DNA of 64,000 nt. Source: Chrysomallon squamiferum. Lineage: Eukaryota > Animalia > Mollusca. The position numbers were made by a program, and so were the translations under genes. The DNA is taken from NCBI GenBank assembly GCA_012295275.1, contig CM022665.1:26598001-26662000 (forward strand), written 5' to 3'. A model generated the notes under the pieces. It saw only the letters and a program-made list of their open reading frames with translations. It was not told the origin of the DNA and ran no database searches. The stretch's first letter is position 1, and each line of letters begins with the position of its first letter. Positions 1-12,185 of this stretch are shown in pieces.

Positions 1-216
1 CGCGCATCTATCAATCCGTATATATATATATATATAATCATACACACACAGACACACAAGGGAAAGTACAACGAAAACTACCAAAAACACAAAGAAAATC
101 AATCGCGGGTGAGATAAATTTTGTGATAAAAACGCGAGGGTGAATGACACTGAAATATCTTAATAAGCACTGATCTAAATGACATATCTTGCTGTAAATC
201 TCAATCACGAACTTCC

Positions 217-232
217 AGGTCATTTGAGGTCA
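217..232 (+). promoter_or_regulatory. Perfect DR4 nuclear-receptor-type element AGGTCA-tttg-AGGTCA upstream of EPDR1
   Basis: Exact match ~70 bp upstream of the ATG. AGGTCATTTGAG recurs at 4451-4462 upstream of paralog 2. Function is inferred. Confidence 0.4.
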
Positions 233-302
233 CGTATGTTTTGATAAGAAGAAAAGGTAACTGTCATTTTCACAATCAGTTTGAAGTATCGAGAGAGCCA
301 TC

Positions 303-586
303 ATGATTTCTTTGTGTCTTGTACTTGTTTTTCTAACCGCTGCTCTGGGCCAAAAACCAAAGCCGTGCGGTAAGCGTATCGTTTATTAATTAATAAAATG
401 AATTCCAGTCTGGGTATTATAACACCGGAATTAATGGTTGATGATGCCATAATTGCAAACTTTTTTCTTTTTTTAAATAATTATTTATTTATTTTATTTT
501 GCTTTGAAAATGAAAATTAAAGAAGATTGACGTAAGTTTATGATTGTTATCAGCAGAAAAGTGTTTATAGATACAATTATTTCATA

Positions 587-659
<73 letters not shown>

Positions 660-1247
660 CATAAATCCAAAATGTTAATGCTATCTCAATTTTACTCTTT
701 CAGAAAGTCCAAGAGAATTTGAAGCAAGGTTCTCAAGGGCAAGTTTTTATATTCTTTTTCTTCTGTTCTTTTCTTTTTTCTTCCTATTACTTTTGCTGAT
801 ATTATTATTTTTTTTTTTTTTATTATTGCTGTTACTTCTGCCCACAACTATTACTACTACAATTACTACTACTCCTACTGTTATTATGATAACTATTGTT
901 ATTAGTGGGATGATGAACGGAAGATGTTCCAGGAGGCCACCATATCTTATGATGAAAACATGAAGAGAGTGCGAGAACGAGAAGAACTGGTGGTTGGCTC
1001 AAAGTCAAACTTCTATGACATCCTGACCCTTCATAAAGAGGTATTTCGAACAATGAAAATTATTTATTTATTTATTTATTTATTTACTGTTTTTTTTGTT
1101 TGTTGTTTGGTTATTTTTATTATATCTTTTAAAGCAAATATTTGTTTTAAATAGAAAATGCATACAAAAACTGTGTTTATATTAATTTAACTGTTTTTTT
1201 CTTCTTTCTTTTCTTTTTTTTTCTTCTTCTTCTTCTTCTTCTTCTTC

Positions 1248-1278
<31 letters not shown>

Positions 1279-1702
1279 GTCAAAATATAAAATGCCACTG
1301 AATATATTTATTTTGTAATTAATATATTTAACTTCTTCTTCTTCTTCTTCTTCTTCTTATTATTATTATTATTATTAAGAACATAGAATACAGATACGAT
1401 CTAAAAACTAAGAAATGTAACGTGACGAAACCAAGGCGTCATTTTATTCCATTTGGAATTCCTCATGGAAGTGAGTATAAGGGCTCCTACGTTGTTGGAA
1501 TGGTAGGCAATCCCAACGAAGAGGTCACGGCGGTATCTTTCGAGGGAATATACCACGGCAGTGAGTACCTGAATGAAGTATATTAATATAAGTTATATTT
1601 TTATTAGCAGTATCAACAAATATTAAAGTTGGGAACTTTAAATAATGTATACCTTCATCATTTCATCACCGACAGTTATAGGAGAAATTTATTATTTTAT
1701 TA

Positions 1703-1754
<52 letters not shown>

Positions 1755-1816
1755 TAACTAGTGGTGCTGCTTTATTGTTTTCCTTTGTTTTTAATAATAA
1801 TAATTATTATTATAAC

Positions 1817-1867
<51 letters not shown>

Positions 1868-2586
1868 GATTGTTGTTGTTGTTGTTGTTACTATAGACTT
1901 TCTTTTACAGTTTTAATAATTTTTATGTATGAATGTATAATTACATTTAGACGGCTTATGTAATTTATTGATATTTCATCATATTTCTATATTTTGAAAT
2001 ATAACTACAACTGGTGTAATTATTTTCAGATTCATTCTGGGGTACTGTGTCCGTACCAACTTGTGTTCCACTTCAGTTCGGTGTATACTTCAACTCTACG
2101 GGCGACGGCTTTCATATGACGTAAGTAAATACAATAACATCATAATATCATGCTAGTACAAATTTACCATAACTTCTTTATACTAACTCAATCGAAATGA
2201 AGCAAAATAGAACACTATTTAAGTGTATGAATTGTAACATGTATAAATGGCTTAAATATTTATAACGTGTTACTGTTTTATTGGTTCAGAGTAGCCCTTT
2301 ACTAATAATAAAGTATGGTAATAAAGTAAGACTACTACCAAATTATATCAAATAAGTCAAAGGTTTGTTGACCTTTAAACCAGTGACTACTACTACTACT
2401 ATTACTATTATTACTACTACTACTAATTGATTAATTCATGTTTTTATTTTTATTTGTCTTAAAAGATTTGTTTTATGAAATTATAAACATTTACATGTGT
2501 TTATTTATTTCAGGTTTTACGACCTTCACTTAGGAATACAAGATCCAAATGTTTGGATTCCACCTCGAGAATGTTTACAGCAATAA
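303..2586 (+). CDS. Ependymin-related protein (EPDR) paralog 1, ~193 aa, signal peptide
   Basis: Six exons splice in frame: 303-369, 704-738, 906-1040, 1380-1560, 2030-2120, 2514-2586 (582 nt). The protein reads MISLCLVLVFLTAALG-QKPKPCESPREFEARF..ISYDENMKRVRERE..YDLKTKKCNVT..PTCVP..FYDLHLGIQDPNVWIPPRECLQQ*. PxPCxSPxxFEG, SYD..RxR, CxP and FYD..GIxDPxVFxPPxxC are ependymin-family hallmarks. Intron 2 uses a GC donor. Confidence 0.92.
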
Positions 2587-3052
2587 ATTATTAATATTTT
2601 TCAATTTTGTCCTTGTTTTTGTTTTATTTCATTATATTCAATTTTATGTTATTTTATGTTATTTTATTTCATTTCATTTTATTTTATTATATTTATTTAT
2701 TTATTTGTTTATTTATTTATTTATTTATTTATGATGGTTTCTTGTTTTGTTTTTTTTGTTTTTTTTTATTATTTTAAGGTTACGTAATTTACGACAAGAT
2801 TTAAATTACTCCCTGGGTTGTCAGTGACCATTGCTTTGATTCTGTAACACAAAAGAAACGGTTTAAATAACAATAATAATCATAATAATTGTTTTTTTTC
2901 AACAACAAAAAAAACAAACAAACAAACAAACAAACAAAAACAGTAGCAAAAAAAAAAAAAAAAAAAAAAAAACGTCTAAAAAAAAGATAACTGAAAAGTG
3001 AGGGATTTTTATTAATCCGCAGGAGACATAACAAAAAGTAAAATGCTGGTTA

Positions 3053-3087
<35 letters not shown>

Positions 3088-3337
3088 AAAAAAAAATTAA
3101 ACTAAATTTTAAAAATTAAATATTAATAAAAAAACAAAAAAACAAACTTTCACAAATATAAAAATCATATTAAAAATTAAATGTAAATTTTAAAAGAAAT
3201 ATACATGGTTTGTTTTGAATAACACATTTATAAACTTTACACGAAAATTTAAAAAGTGGTTTGTTTTGATATACACAAAGTCATACTGTTATATGACTCA
3301 AGATAAACGTGTTTTAATTTTTAATTTTTTTTTTTAT

Positions 3338-3482
3338 AATGACCTTTAAAATTTTTAGAGGACCTATCATGTTTTCTTCAGCAGGTAGGTGACAGATGGC
3401 GTTCTTATCTATATACCTGTAGCTGATTTGATTTCATCAGCATAAACATTTATATGAATCATATTTAATTCGTGTCAGAACT

Positions 3483-3513
<31 letters not shown>

Positions 3514-4248
3514 TGTATCGATATAAATTTGCAACTTAAAATCATATCATAACAACAATAACAAGTAAAAAAAAAAATTAAAATAATTGTTATAGAAAAA
3601 AAAAAAATAAATAAAAAAATAAATAAATAAATAAATAAAATAAAATAAAATAATTGTTATAGAATAAAATAAAACAAAAAAATAAAATAAAATAAAACAA
3701 ACAAAATAATAAAATAAATACAATAAAATAAAATAAAATAAAATAAATAAATAAATAAATAAATTAAATTATAAATTAAATAAAATAATAAGAGAGAGAG
3801 AAAAAAACTTCACCAAGTACATCCTGTGTTAATAAATTAATTGATAAAAAATTATAGGAACTTTTTAAAAATTCATTAAATCTCTTCAAAGAAAAATAGC
3901 TTATGTTTACTACCGCTGAATCATTGAAAATTCATTTATTTTAATTAAATCATTAATAATTTTCATTGTGCAGACTGATGGGTATTTATTTATTTATTTG
4001 TTTTGCTTGTTTATTTATTTATTATTGTTATTGATGTTGTTGTTGTTGTTGTTGTTGCTGTTATTATTATTTTGATTTCTTAAATTAAATTTATATTTAA
4101 AATATCAATAAGTAATAATAATAATAATAATAATAGTAATAATAATGTTAATATATTAATTGTATAATTAATTCTGATTAGTTTATTAATACTGAATATG
4201 TACACTGAAATATTTATTTATTTATTTATTTATTTATCATTTATTTTT

Positions 4249-4279
<31 letters not shown>

Positions 4280-4458
4280 TTAACGGTTCCATAAAAAAAA
4301 AAAAAAAAAAAAAAATACCAGTTAAAAATCATATACATCTGTTTTCTTACTTATGCTGATGATAGCAAATCAGTTACAGGTATGTAGATAAGAAAGTCAG
4401 GTGTGACCTATCTGCTGAAGAAAATATGAAACGCCTTGTTAAAGATTTAAAGGTCATT
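3338..4458. repeat. ~108-bp diverged inverted repeat (arms 3338-3445 and 4351-4458)
   Basis: The left arm aatgacctttaaa..ttttcttcagcag.taggt..ttcttatcta.atacctgta.ctgatttg..tcatcagcataa matches the reverse complement of 4351-4458, roughly 80% by eye. Confidence 0.85.
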
Positions 4459-4485
4459 TGAGATTTTGGTATGAAGACATTCACC

Positions 4486-4832
4486 ATGATTCTCTTTGTC
4501 GTCATCATCGTTGTCGCTGTACTATCAACATCAGCTCAGAAACCTCATCCATGCGGTTAGTAACAAACAGATAATGTTTAATTTATGCTTTATTCATTTT
4601 GTAATCTATTCCATTCTATTTTAGTTGTTTTCCTATTTTAATTTCACATATACAGTTATTTTTCCAATTTGAGAATCCTCTATCCGAAATACTAGAGACT
4701 CGAAGTATTTCGGATTTCGGAATTTTCGGAGATTTTGCAGTATAAGGAGATAGCCTGAATATAGGATCTAAGTCTACATGCAAATTCCATTTACATTTCA
4801 TATACAGTTAATAGAAATAGTCTGCAGGATTT

Positions 4833-4876
<44 letters not shown>

Positions 4877-7800
4877 ATTTTTGTGAATACAATAAAATTA
4901 GAGTGTGCAAAAGAATCCGAAAACTATGATATCACTATTTCTGCTGCACGGAAAAAGTTTCGGATTTCGGTATTTCGGAAAACAGATCTTCAACCTGAAT
5001 TTGTTTTTGACATATTCGCGTTTGTTGTTTCGGTATAGAAATTTTATCTAATAATATTCGTAAAAGTAACAAATATTATACACCATTATCATTTTAAGTC
5101 ATTACTTGTATATAATTATATAACAACAACAACAACAACAATAGGAATATTAATAATTTAAATTTACTGATTATTCATAGTTTCTTTATATATTCAAATT
5201 TGCGAATCTGACTTAATTCCTTGACGTTGTTCATCATCATCATTATTATTATTAGTTATTGTCACTTTTACTACTAAATCTATATGGATATATAGCAATG
5301 CACAAATATTTTCTTTTCGCTTTGTTTTCTTTTCTTTTCAGAAAGTCCCAAACAGTATGAGGGAAAGTTTTCAATTGTAAGCAAAGATCGATAATGTTCA
5401 GTAATACATTTTTTTTTTTTTTTTTTTTTAAATTAATTAATTTATTTATTTTTAACTTATTTTTTTTTTTTTTTTAAAAAGAAGAAAGAAAGATAGAAAG
5501 AAAGAAAAGAATGATTATAATTATTATTTTATATTTAGTCTTTTGAGAAATAAATGTGTACAAATACTTACAACATCATTATTTCATTAGAACATTTTCT
5601 TTAGAGGGTAGAAAAACAAGTTTTGTTATGTTCAAAAAAGATCGATGTCATCAGGTATTTGTAGCTGCGGAAGGATGGATGGATTTGACACTTGTAGGTG
5701 TATTTACATACTTGTGTGCATGTCGTTAACGATATTTTAATAAATTCCAGTATGTATACCCAAGAAAAGAGCAGATTTATACTCGATTTGCTTATGATGA
5801 CATTCATAAAAGATTTCGTGAGAGTGAAATATTAGAATTTGGGAAGCAGCACGAATACTATGACTTGCTGTACCTTCAAAAAGAGGTTAGTGTATTTCCT
5901 TCAAACATATATCACTCATATGACAACGTTTTTGATTTCTCTGATTTTCTCAATAATAAAATCTAATTGTTTTTATTGTTTTTATTTTTTGGGGGAGGGG
6001 CGTCATGTACACACATACACGTAAATGTAAACATGCACACTGAATATATATTATACAAACATACGTGTATATATACTTACATTCATACACGTAGACACAC
6101 AAATACACACAAAAACACAAACATGTACACGTAATAAAACAAAATGAAAATAATGAACGAGTAGAACTCAATCAGAGAATACCTTAAAACATACGGATTC
6201 TATCTATCTATCTAGCTAGCTAGCTATCAATATACATATACTGAACAAAAAAGAAACATCCGATTTGTACATACAGTATTTGTTGTGTTAAGGAATTATT
6301 GTGTAATGAAATTATATAGGTAGTATTAGCCATGAACTGTGTTATCAAGATTCATGAATTTGATCGATTATTTTAATCGTCAGCAACGTAAATCTCAATT
6401 TACACGTGCATGCATGTCCCGTGTAGTATTCGGTCAATTTGTTTTACTGACATTGTTATCAAGTGAACAAAAACGGTAAAATATTTGTAAAAAAAATTAC
6501 TTTTTTTTACATTGTAGCATTTTTAGCATGCCAAGAATACCCAGTAATTTATGCGAACGGGCGATTGCCGTATTTGATGCTGGTATGTCGACCAAAGATG
6601 TTGCAAGTCATGTTGGGAGTTCTAGTCGAGCAGTATGAAATCTTCGCGTAAGATTTCGAACGACAGGAAGCACCAACGACGTGCCACGTCGTGGACGTCC
6701 GCATGTTACAACGTGTGGTCAAGGCCGCTATATCATGAACACGCATTTGCGCAATCGATTCCAAATGGCAACTGCTGCTGCTAACACACCTGGGCTTTAT
6801 AATAACCGAATCAGCGGGTAAACTTTTCGTAATCGTCTACGGGAGAATGGTTTACATGGACGACGCAACGTCGTCTAAATCGTCTTAATTATGCACGTGT
6901 ACACATTCAGTAACCTTGATTCATTTGATGACTGGGCCCGCTAAAAGTCCTGATCTCAACCCCATCGACCATGTCTGGATCGTGTGGACAAACGATTGAG
7001 ACGTCGTCCAAACCCACCCGCTAAGTTAACGAACTTCGAGAATGAAACAATATGCACCTGCGACGAACTACACTTCAGAGGTGGTCATATCCGTTATTAA
7101 GTGGGTTTTTTCTGTTGTTATATATTTTTTTTAACTCCTACCATATTTGGTTAAAACGTCTCCCGGTTTCTGTTAACCTATCGCCATGATTTTTGCACCA
7201 AACAATACATAATGGAACACTCTTTAAACGCACATACAACAATTATTCCGCCGGTTTGTTTTCAAGCAAAGTTAGCGGAAGTTTCTTATTTTGTTCAGTA
7301 TATATCACAGCCATTATGATTTGATAACTGTACACAACATCTTTTTGTTTTTATTTTGTTTTCACGTATCATTTCAGGGTTTGGCATACAAACTTAATTT
7401 ACGTACCAGACAGTGCAATGTAACAAAAATAACATGGCCATTTCGTCCCATTACCGTTCCATCAAAATCAAAGTTTGCGGGCATTGGTGTGTACGGGGCA
7501 GCAGGAATCCCAAACGAACATGTGGACATAATAAAATTTGAAGGCTTGATGGGAACAGACGGTTAGAATTCTCTTTTTTTTTTTTTTTTTTTTTTTTTAT
7601 TCTAAAATTATCATACAGAAATGACTTTTGATTTGCCTTAAATCCGTTAATTGTTTTAAATATAATTTGTAATGATTTGTTCAACTGAAACACACACGCA
7701 CGCACGCACGCACACACACGATAGAATGACTTTGAAAACAAAATGTACAAATTTAGTTATTATATTAAATTACAGTTACACGAATTCTTGATTAAAAAGA

Positions 7801-8720
7801 GAAAAAATATTTCTCAGATATATTAAATAGTTTTACGTCAATTTAATAAAAAAACAGTTTCTCAGTAACTTTTGTATGCAGAGATCTTTCTTACACCTAA
7901 CATACACACAAGCATGTATGTATATGTGTGTGTGTACGTGTACGTGCATTAATACTAAAAATAATAACTATTTTTCAGTCCAATATCAAATCTTTGTCTC
8001 TTCCCCGCACTGCATATTTCTTCAGTCATCTTACTACAATAAGACTAGTGGTCCTATAGAACATAGGCAGTAAGTATTATTACCCTATGTCAATAACTAA
8101 GTAATATAGTTTATATTAGTGATATATCAATAACTAAATAAAATTACTCAACAAATTTAAGTTAGTAGTATTACTAGTATTACTCTGTATAAAAAACTAA
8201 GAAATATTAATACCTAAGTAATATATGATTAGTATTAATATATTTCAGTAATTACGTAATATCACCAGTTTCAGTTAATAACTAAATAATATTATTTTAT
8301 GACAATGATGAAGTAATATTACTTGTATTACCCTGCATCAGTAATTAATTATAATAACACTATAATAAGTAATATTACTAATATGAATTCCATATCAGTA
8401 ACTGTGTAATATTACTAACATAATGCCATATCAATAACTATCTACATCAGTAACAAAGTAATATTATCATTATTATTCTGCATCAGCAACTATTTAATAT
8501 TATTAATTTTATATCAACAACCAAAAATTACTCTGTATTAATAATTATTGCCCTTACCAATAATATTTCTGCATAGGCCAATTTAGAATCTTTGTAGAAT
8601 TAATATTTTGCAGATAAACCTTTTAAATAATTTTCTTATTATTCTAGATATTTTGATGTCTCGCTTGGAATTTCTGATCCAGAAGTATTTATTCCTCCTC
8701 CAGAATGTAACAAATCTTGA
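4486..8720 (+). CDS. Ependymin-related protein (EPDR) paralog 2, ~195 aa (in-frame upstream ATG at 4471)
   Basis: Exons 4486-4555, 5342-5376, 5751-5885, 7378-7561, 7979-8069, 8648-8720, with the same phases and near-identical sizes as paralog 1. Protein MILFVVIIVVAVLSTSA-QKPHPCESPKQYEGKF..FAYDDIHKRFRESE..RTRQCNVT..PHCIF..YFDVSLGISDPEVFIPPPECNKS*. Confidence 0.92.
4665..4997. mobile_element. Decayed Tigger/pogo-like MITE in EPDR2 intron 1
   Basis: Imperfect TIRs (left CAATTTGAGAATCCTCTATCCGAAATAC; right reverse complement CAGGTTGAAGATCTGTTTTCCGAAATAC). Subterminal TTTCGGA repeats at both ends and an internal (TA)n. Confidence 0.7.
6239..7300 (+). mobile_element. Degenerate, internally deleted Tc1-like DNA transposon in EPDR2 intron 3
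   Basis: TIRs TACTGAACAAAA(T)AAGAAAC at both ends flanked by TA. Transposase remnant from ATG 6528: MPRIPSNLCERAIAVFDAGMSTKDVA..*..GRP.. (paired-like HTH plus GRPR-like motif), then W(fs)PAKSPDLNPIDHVW and terminal GGHIRY* at 7100. Stops, a frameshift and a large deletion are present. Confidence 0.9.
8075..8545. repeat. Degenerate AT-rich minisatellite in EPDR2 intron 5
   Basis: Recurring unit of ~33-36 bp resembling tcaataactaagtaatattactagtattactctgta. Confidence 0.55.
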
Positions 8721-9080
8721 TCAATGTCTGTATTTTCTAAATAAAAAACATTTTATTTAAGACACTGTCTTTTTATTTATGTATTTATTTTTTCAATTAT
8801 TATTATTATTTTCCTTATTTATTATTATAATTATTATTATTTAATGTTAATCAGGCTTAAATGGACAAAACTACATATTTTTTTCTTGTCAGTCTCAGAT
8901 GTTTAATTAATTTTTAAATCAATATCTCAAAGTTCCAGAATAACACTGATATATGATAGGTGGCACATTTCTACACTGGTTTGGGGAATAAAAAATAAAT
9001 AAATATGATGGATTTATTATCCAGTAAAGCACGAATATTTTTGTTTCTTTATGGTAATAAAGAATGTTTCATTTCATTTA

Positions 9081-9113
<33 letters not shown>

Positions 9114-11819
9114 TTTTTAAATTATTATTATATATGTGTGTGTGTGTGTGTATGTGTGTTTCTGTTTATTAGTATTATTTTAATTTTTTTTTTTTAATTT
9201 TTTTTAGTAACTCAGCATCTGGGACAAAGGAATCTGCATACAATTATGATGGATCATAAACACAGTACAAAAACAATTCAAAAATGTTTTTAAAAAACAC
9301 TGAAATAATTTTAATAATGATACAAAAAAAGAAATGACAGTAAATAAATAAATAAATTAATTAAAATAATATAAAATAAATATAAATAAATAAATATATA
9401 AATAAATATCAAATAAATAAATTAATAATAATAAAATAAAAAAATTAATAATAAAAAAAAATATATATATATATATAAAAATAAGTAAATAATTTAAATG
9501 AAATAATTAAAACAAAAGTAACATTAAAACAATAGCATTATCAACAATGACAGCAATAATAATGATGATAATGATGATGTTAAGAAATGGAATTGACTTA
9601 ACAGTTGATACACTTGTTGAGGAAATGTGAAATGTATTCAATCCAAGAACTATTATTCTAGAAAGAGTCTCTTCTTTTTCACATATTAACAGAAACATTT
9701 TTGTTTTTCAATTGTTTTCAGGCATAAAATCCTAAATTTTTTGTTTTGCATTCAGTCTCTACATTTTTGAAATATTGTACCTTCAAAATTTCTTTTTTTA
9801 ACACTAACCTTTAAAACTAATTCAAACTCCAAGATTGTAACAAGACAGAATTTTTACTTACAGTCTTCATATATTAAAAATATGGAGAACTAGATTATAT
9901 ATATTTCTACTACTTATGTTTAATAAGGTAAAGAAAAAAAAAAAAAATTATAAACTTGTCCTAACTTTTTATATTTTAGATGAATATTTATAAAATTAAA
10001 TTCAGTTTCCCCATTCCTGCAAAAATGTCAGTCATTTTGTAATTTGTGTTGATTTGACTAATGTTGCATAATAAATATAAAAAAGATTCTGGGAATGAAC
10101 ATTTATTTAAGTGAGTGAAATTATATCTGGTTTTCTGGGGGGATTTTTTTTTATTTTATTTTTTTTTTTTTTTTTTCATTATTATTAATGCTGTTCTTTT
10201 TTTTTTTTTTTTTTTTTGTCATTTCCTCTTTTGTTACATTAGTCAAATTACTTCAGTGATCCTTTAACCATTATTGAATTTTTTTGTGTGTCATTTCAAA
10301 ACAAAAAGTAATTGCATGAATTATAAAATATTATGTTGCATATGTGGGTGTGAAATTCTTTTAATATTCTATAATATAATGTTTGTCTCATGGATGAAAA
10401 AAAAAAAAAAAAAAAAACCTAAAATGTTACTGAACAAAACTCATATTTATCTAAGAATGTATTTTTTTGCTGATACATGACAATGCTTTTATTTTATTTC
10501 TATCACATTAATCTGAGAATTTTTTAAAAAGCAGCAGGTGTTCCAAAAGCAAGCTGTTTCTTTCATAGATAAGAGTAAAAACAGTCTTTCCATAATGTCA
10601 AAACATTTTCTGTTAACCAAAAGAATTATAAAATTATGAAGCAAAAAACAAAAAATAAAAAACAGAAAGAACTTACATTTTTTTGCATTTTTTTTATTGA
10701 CAACAAAAAGAATAAGCTTAAAAATTATCATTTGAAGAAAAACAAAAATGAAAAAGAAAAAAAAAAAGCAAAAAGAAAGCAAAAACTTTTTTTTTTTAAT
10801 TAAGTAACATTATGAATCAAATTACAACCATAACATTTGTATTCAAGGTAAACATCAGAACTTGACTACGTAATGCATCACAAATCAGTATGATTGCAGG
10901 CTCATTCCTTCATCATATCCATTTCATACATTTTTTATTTTTTTATTAATTTATATGTCATATTAACCATCAAAATATCTAGTTGAAATTTCTTAACAAC
11001 CTCTGTTAAATTTACAGTATTTGACAAATTCAATATTTATCAAAGAATGGTCTGTCCTAAAAATATTCTTTTGAAAAATAAATGCTGTCTCTAAAACAAA
11101 TGGCACCTTTTTAATGAGCAAAATTTTTAATGTTAATTCTTTAAGAAAATAACTTCTGTAAAACATTTCTTTGTTACAAAATATACTAAAATAACATGCA
11201 ATCATCTGAAAGGGATAAAAGATCTCAGAATGTTTGTTTTCATTAACAAATTTTGAACAAATTTCAATGTTTCTTTAAATGACAATGATAATGATAATAA
11301 CAGTAGTTGTAGTACAGTACCAGTAATAATAATGAATGCTGTTGATTAAAAAAATATATATTCAGAATATGTGTTCTAAACACTGGAATGCAGTCTTACC
11401 TTTGGTATAAATGAGCAAGCTGCCAAAATCTTAAGATTTTGTGGGGTGTTTTCAAAACAGTATATGGAGCTTTATATAAAATATAAGAGTAAAAAAAAAC
11501 ATATTTTGCATAGATTATGAAGACCTACAAAATCAGATACTTGCTCTCAATATCAGAAAAACATTCAGAAAAATAGACTGCTTGTTCCTTTCTCTTTATG
11601 ACAATAACAATCAAATTCTCAAAAATATATTTTTAAATCACCTGCTATTCCATCTGCTGGTCCATCTTTTTAACAATCTTGTTTCTTGACTGCTTTTATA
11701 TTTACTATGTTACTCATTTTTTTTAAATTATTATTTTTTTTATTATGTTTTAGTTATCTTATTATTATTTTTATTATCATTATATATTTTTATTCCTTTT
11801 TAATTTAATTTTTTTATTT

Positions 11820-11855
<36 letters not shown>

Positions 11856-11935
11856 TTCTTGTTATATTTAAATTACTTTGATAGGAACATAAATGGAAAT
11901 GAAAGGAAAAGCCTAATTATATTAAATAACATTTT

Positions 11936-11995
11936 AAACAATATTGAGAGAAGGGGTAAAACTATCTATTTTGTAGTAAGTTGCACAAACAACGA

Positions 11996-12042
<47 letters not shown>

Positions 12043-12185
12043 AATAAAATAAAATAAAAATTAAAAACTTAAAAAAAAAATTAATAAAAAAAAAAAATTA
12101 AAATTAAAAAAAAAATTACTGAAAAACAATATAGAGAGGGGGTAAAAATATATAGTTTGCAGTAAGTTGTACAAACAATAACAAA
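11936..12185 (+). repeat. ~62-bp direct duplication (11936-11999 and 12124-12185)
   Basis: aaacaatat.gagag..ggggtaaaa.tat.ta.tttg.agtaagttg.acaaacaa..acaaa occurs twice. Confidence 0.7.

Noticed and set aside
1775-1963. Tyr/Cys-rich ORF and similar F/Y/K-rich short ORFs in the track
   Set aside because: These are translations of (TAT)n, (TGT)n, (CT)n and poly-A/T tracts in introns or spacers.
8075-8545. Repeat array considered as CRISPR-like
   Set aside because: Eukaryotic intron, degenerate units, no unique spacers and no cas genes.
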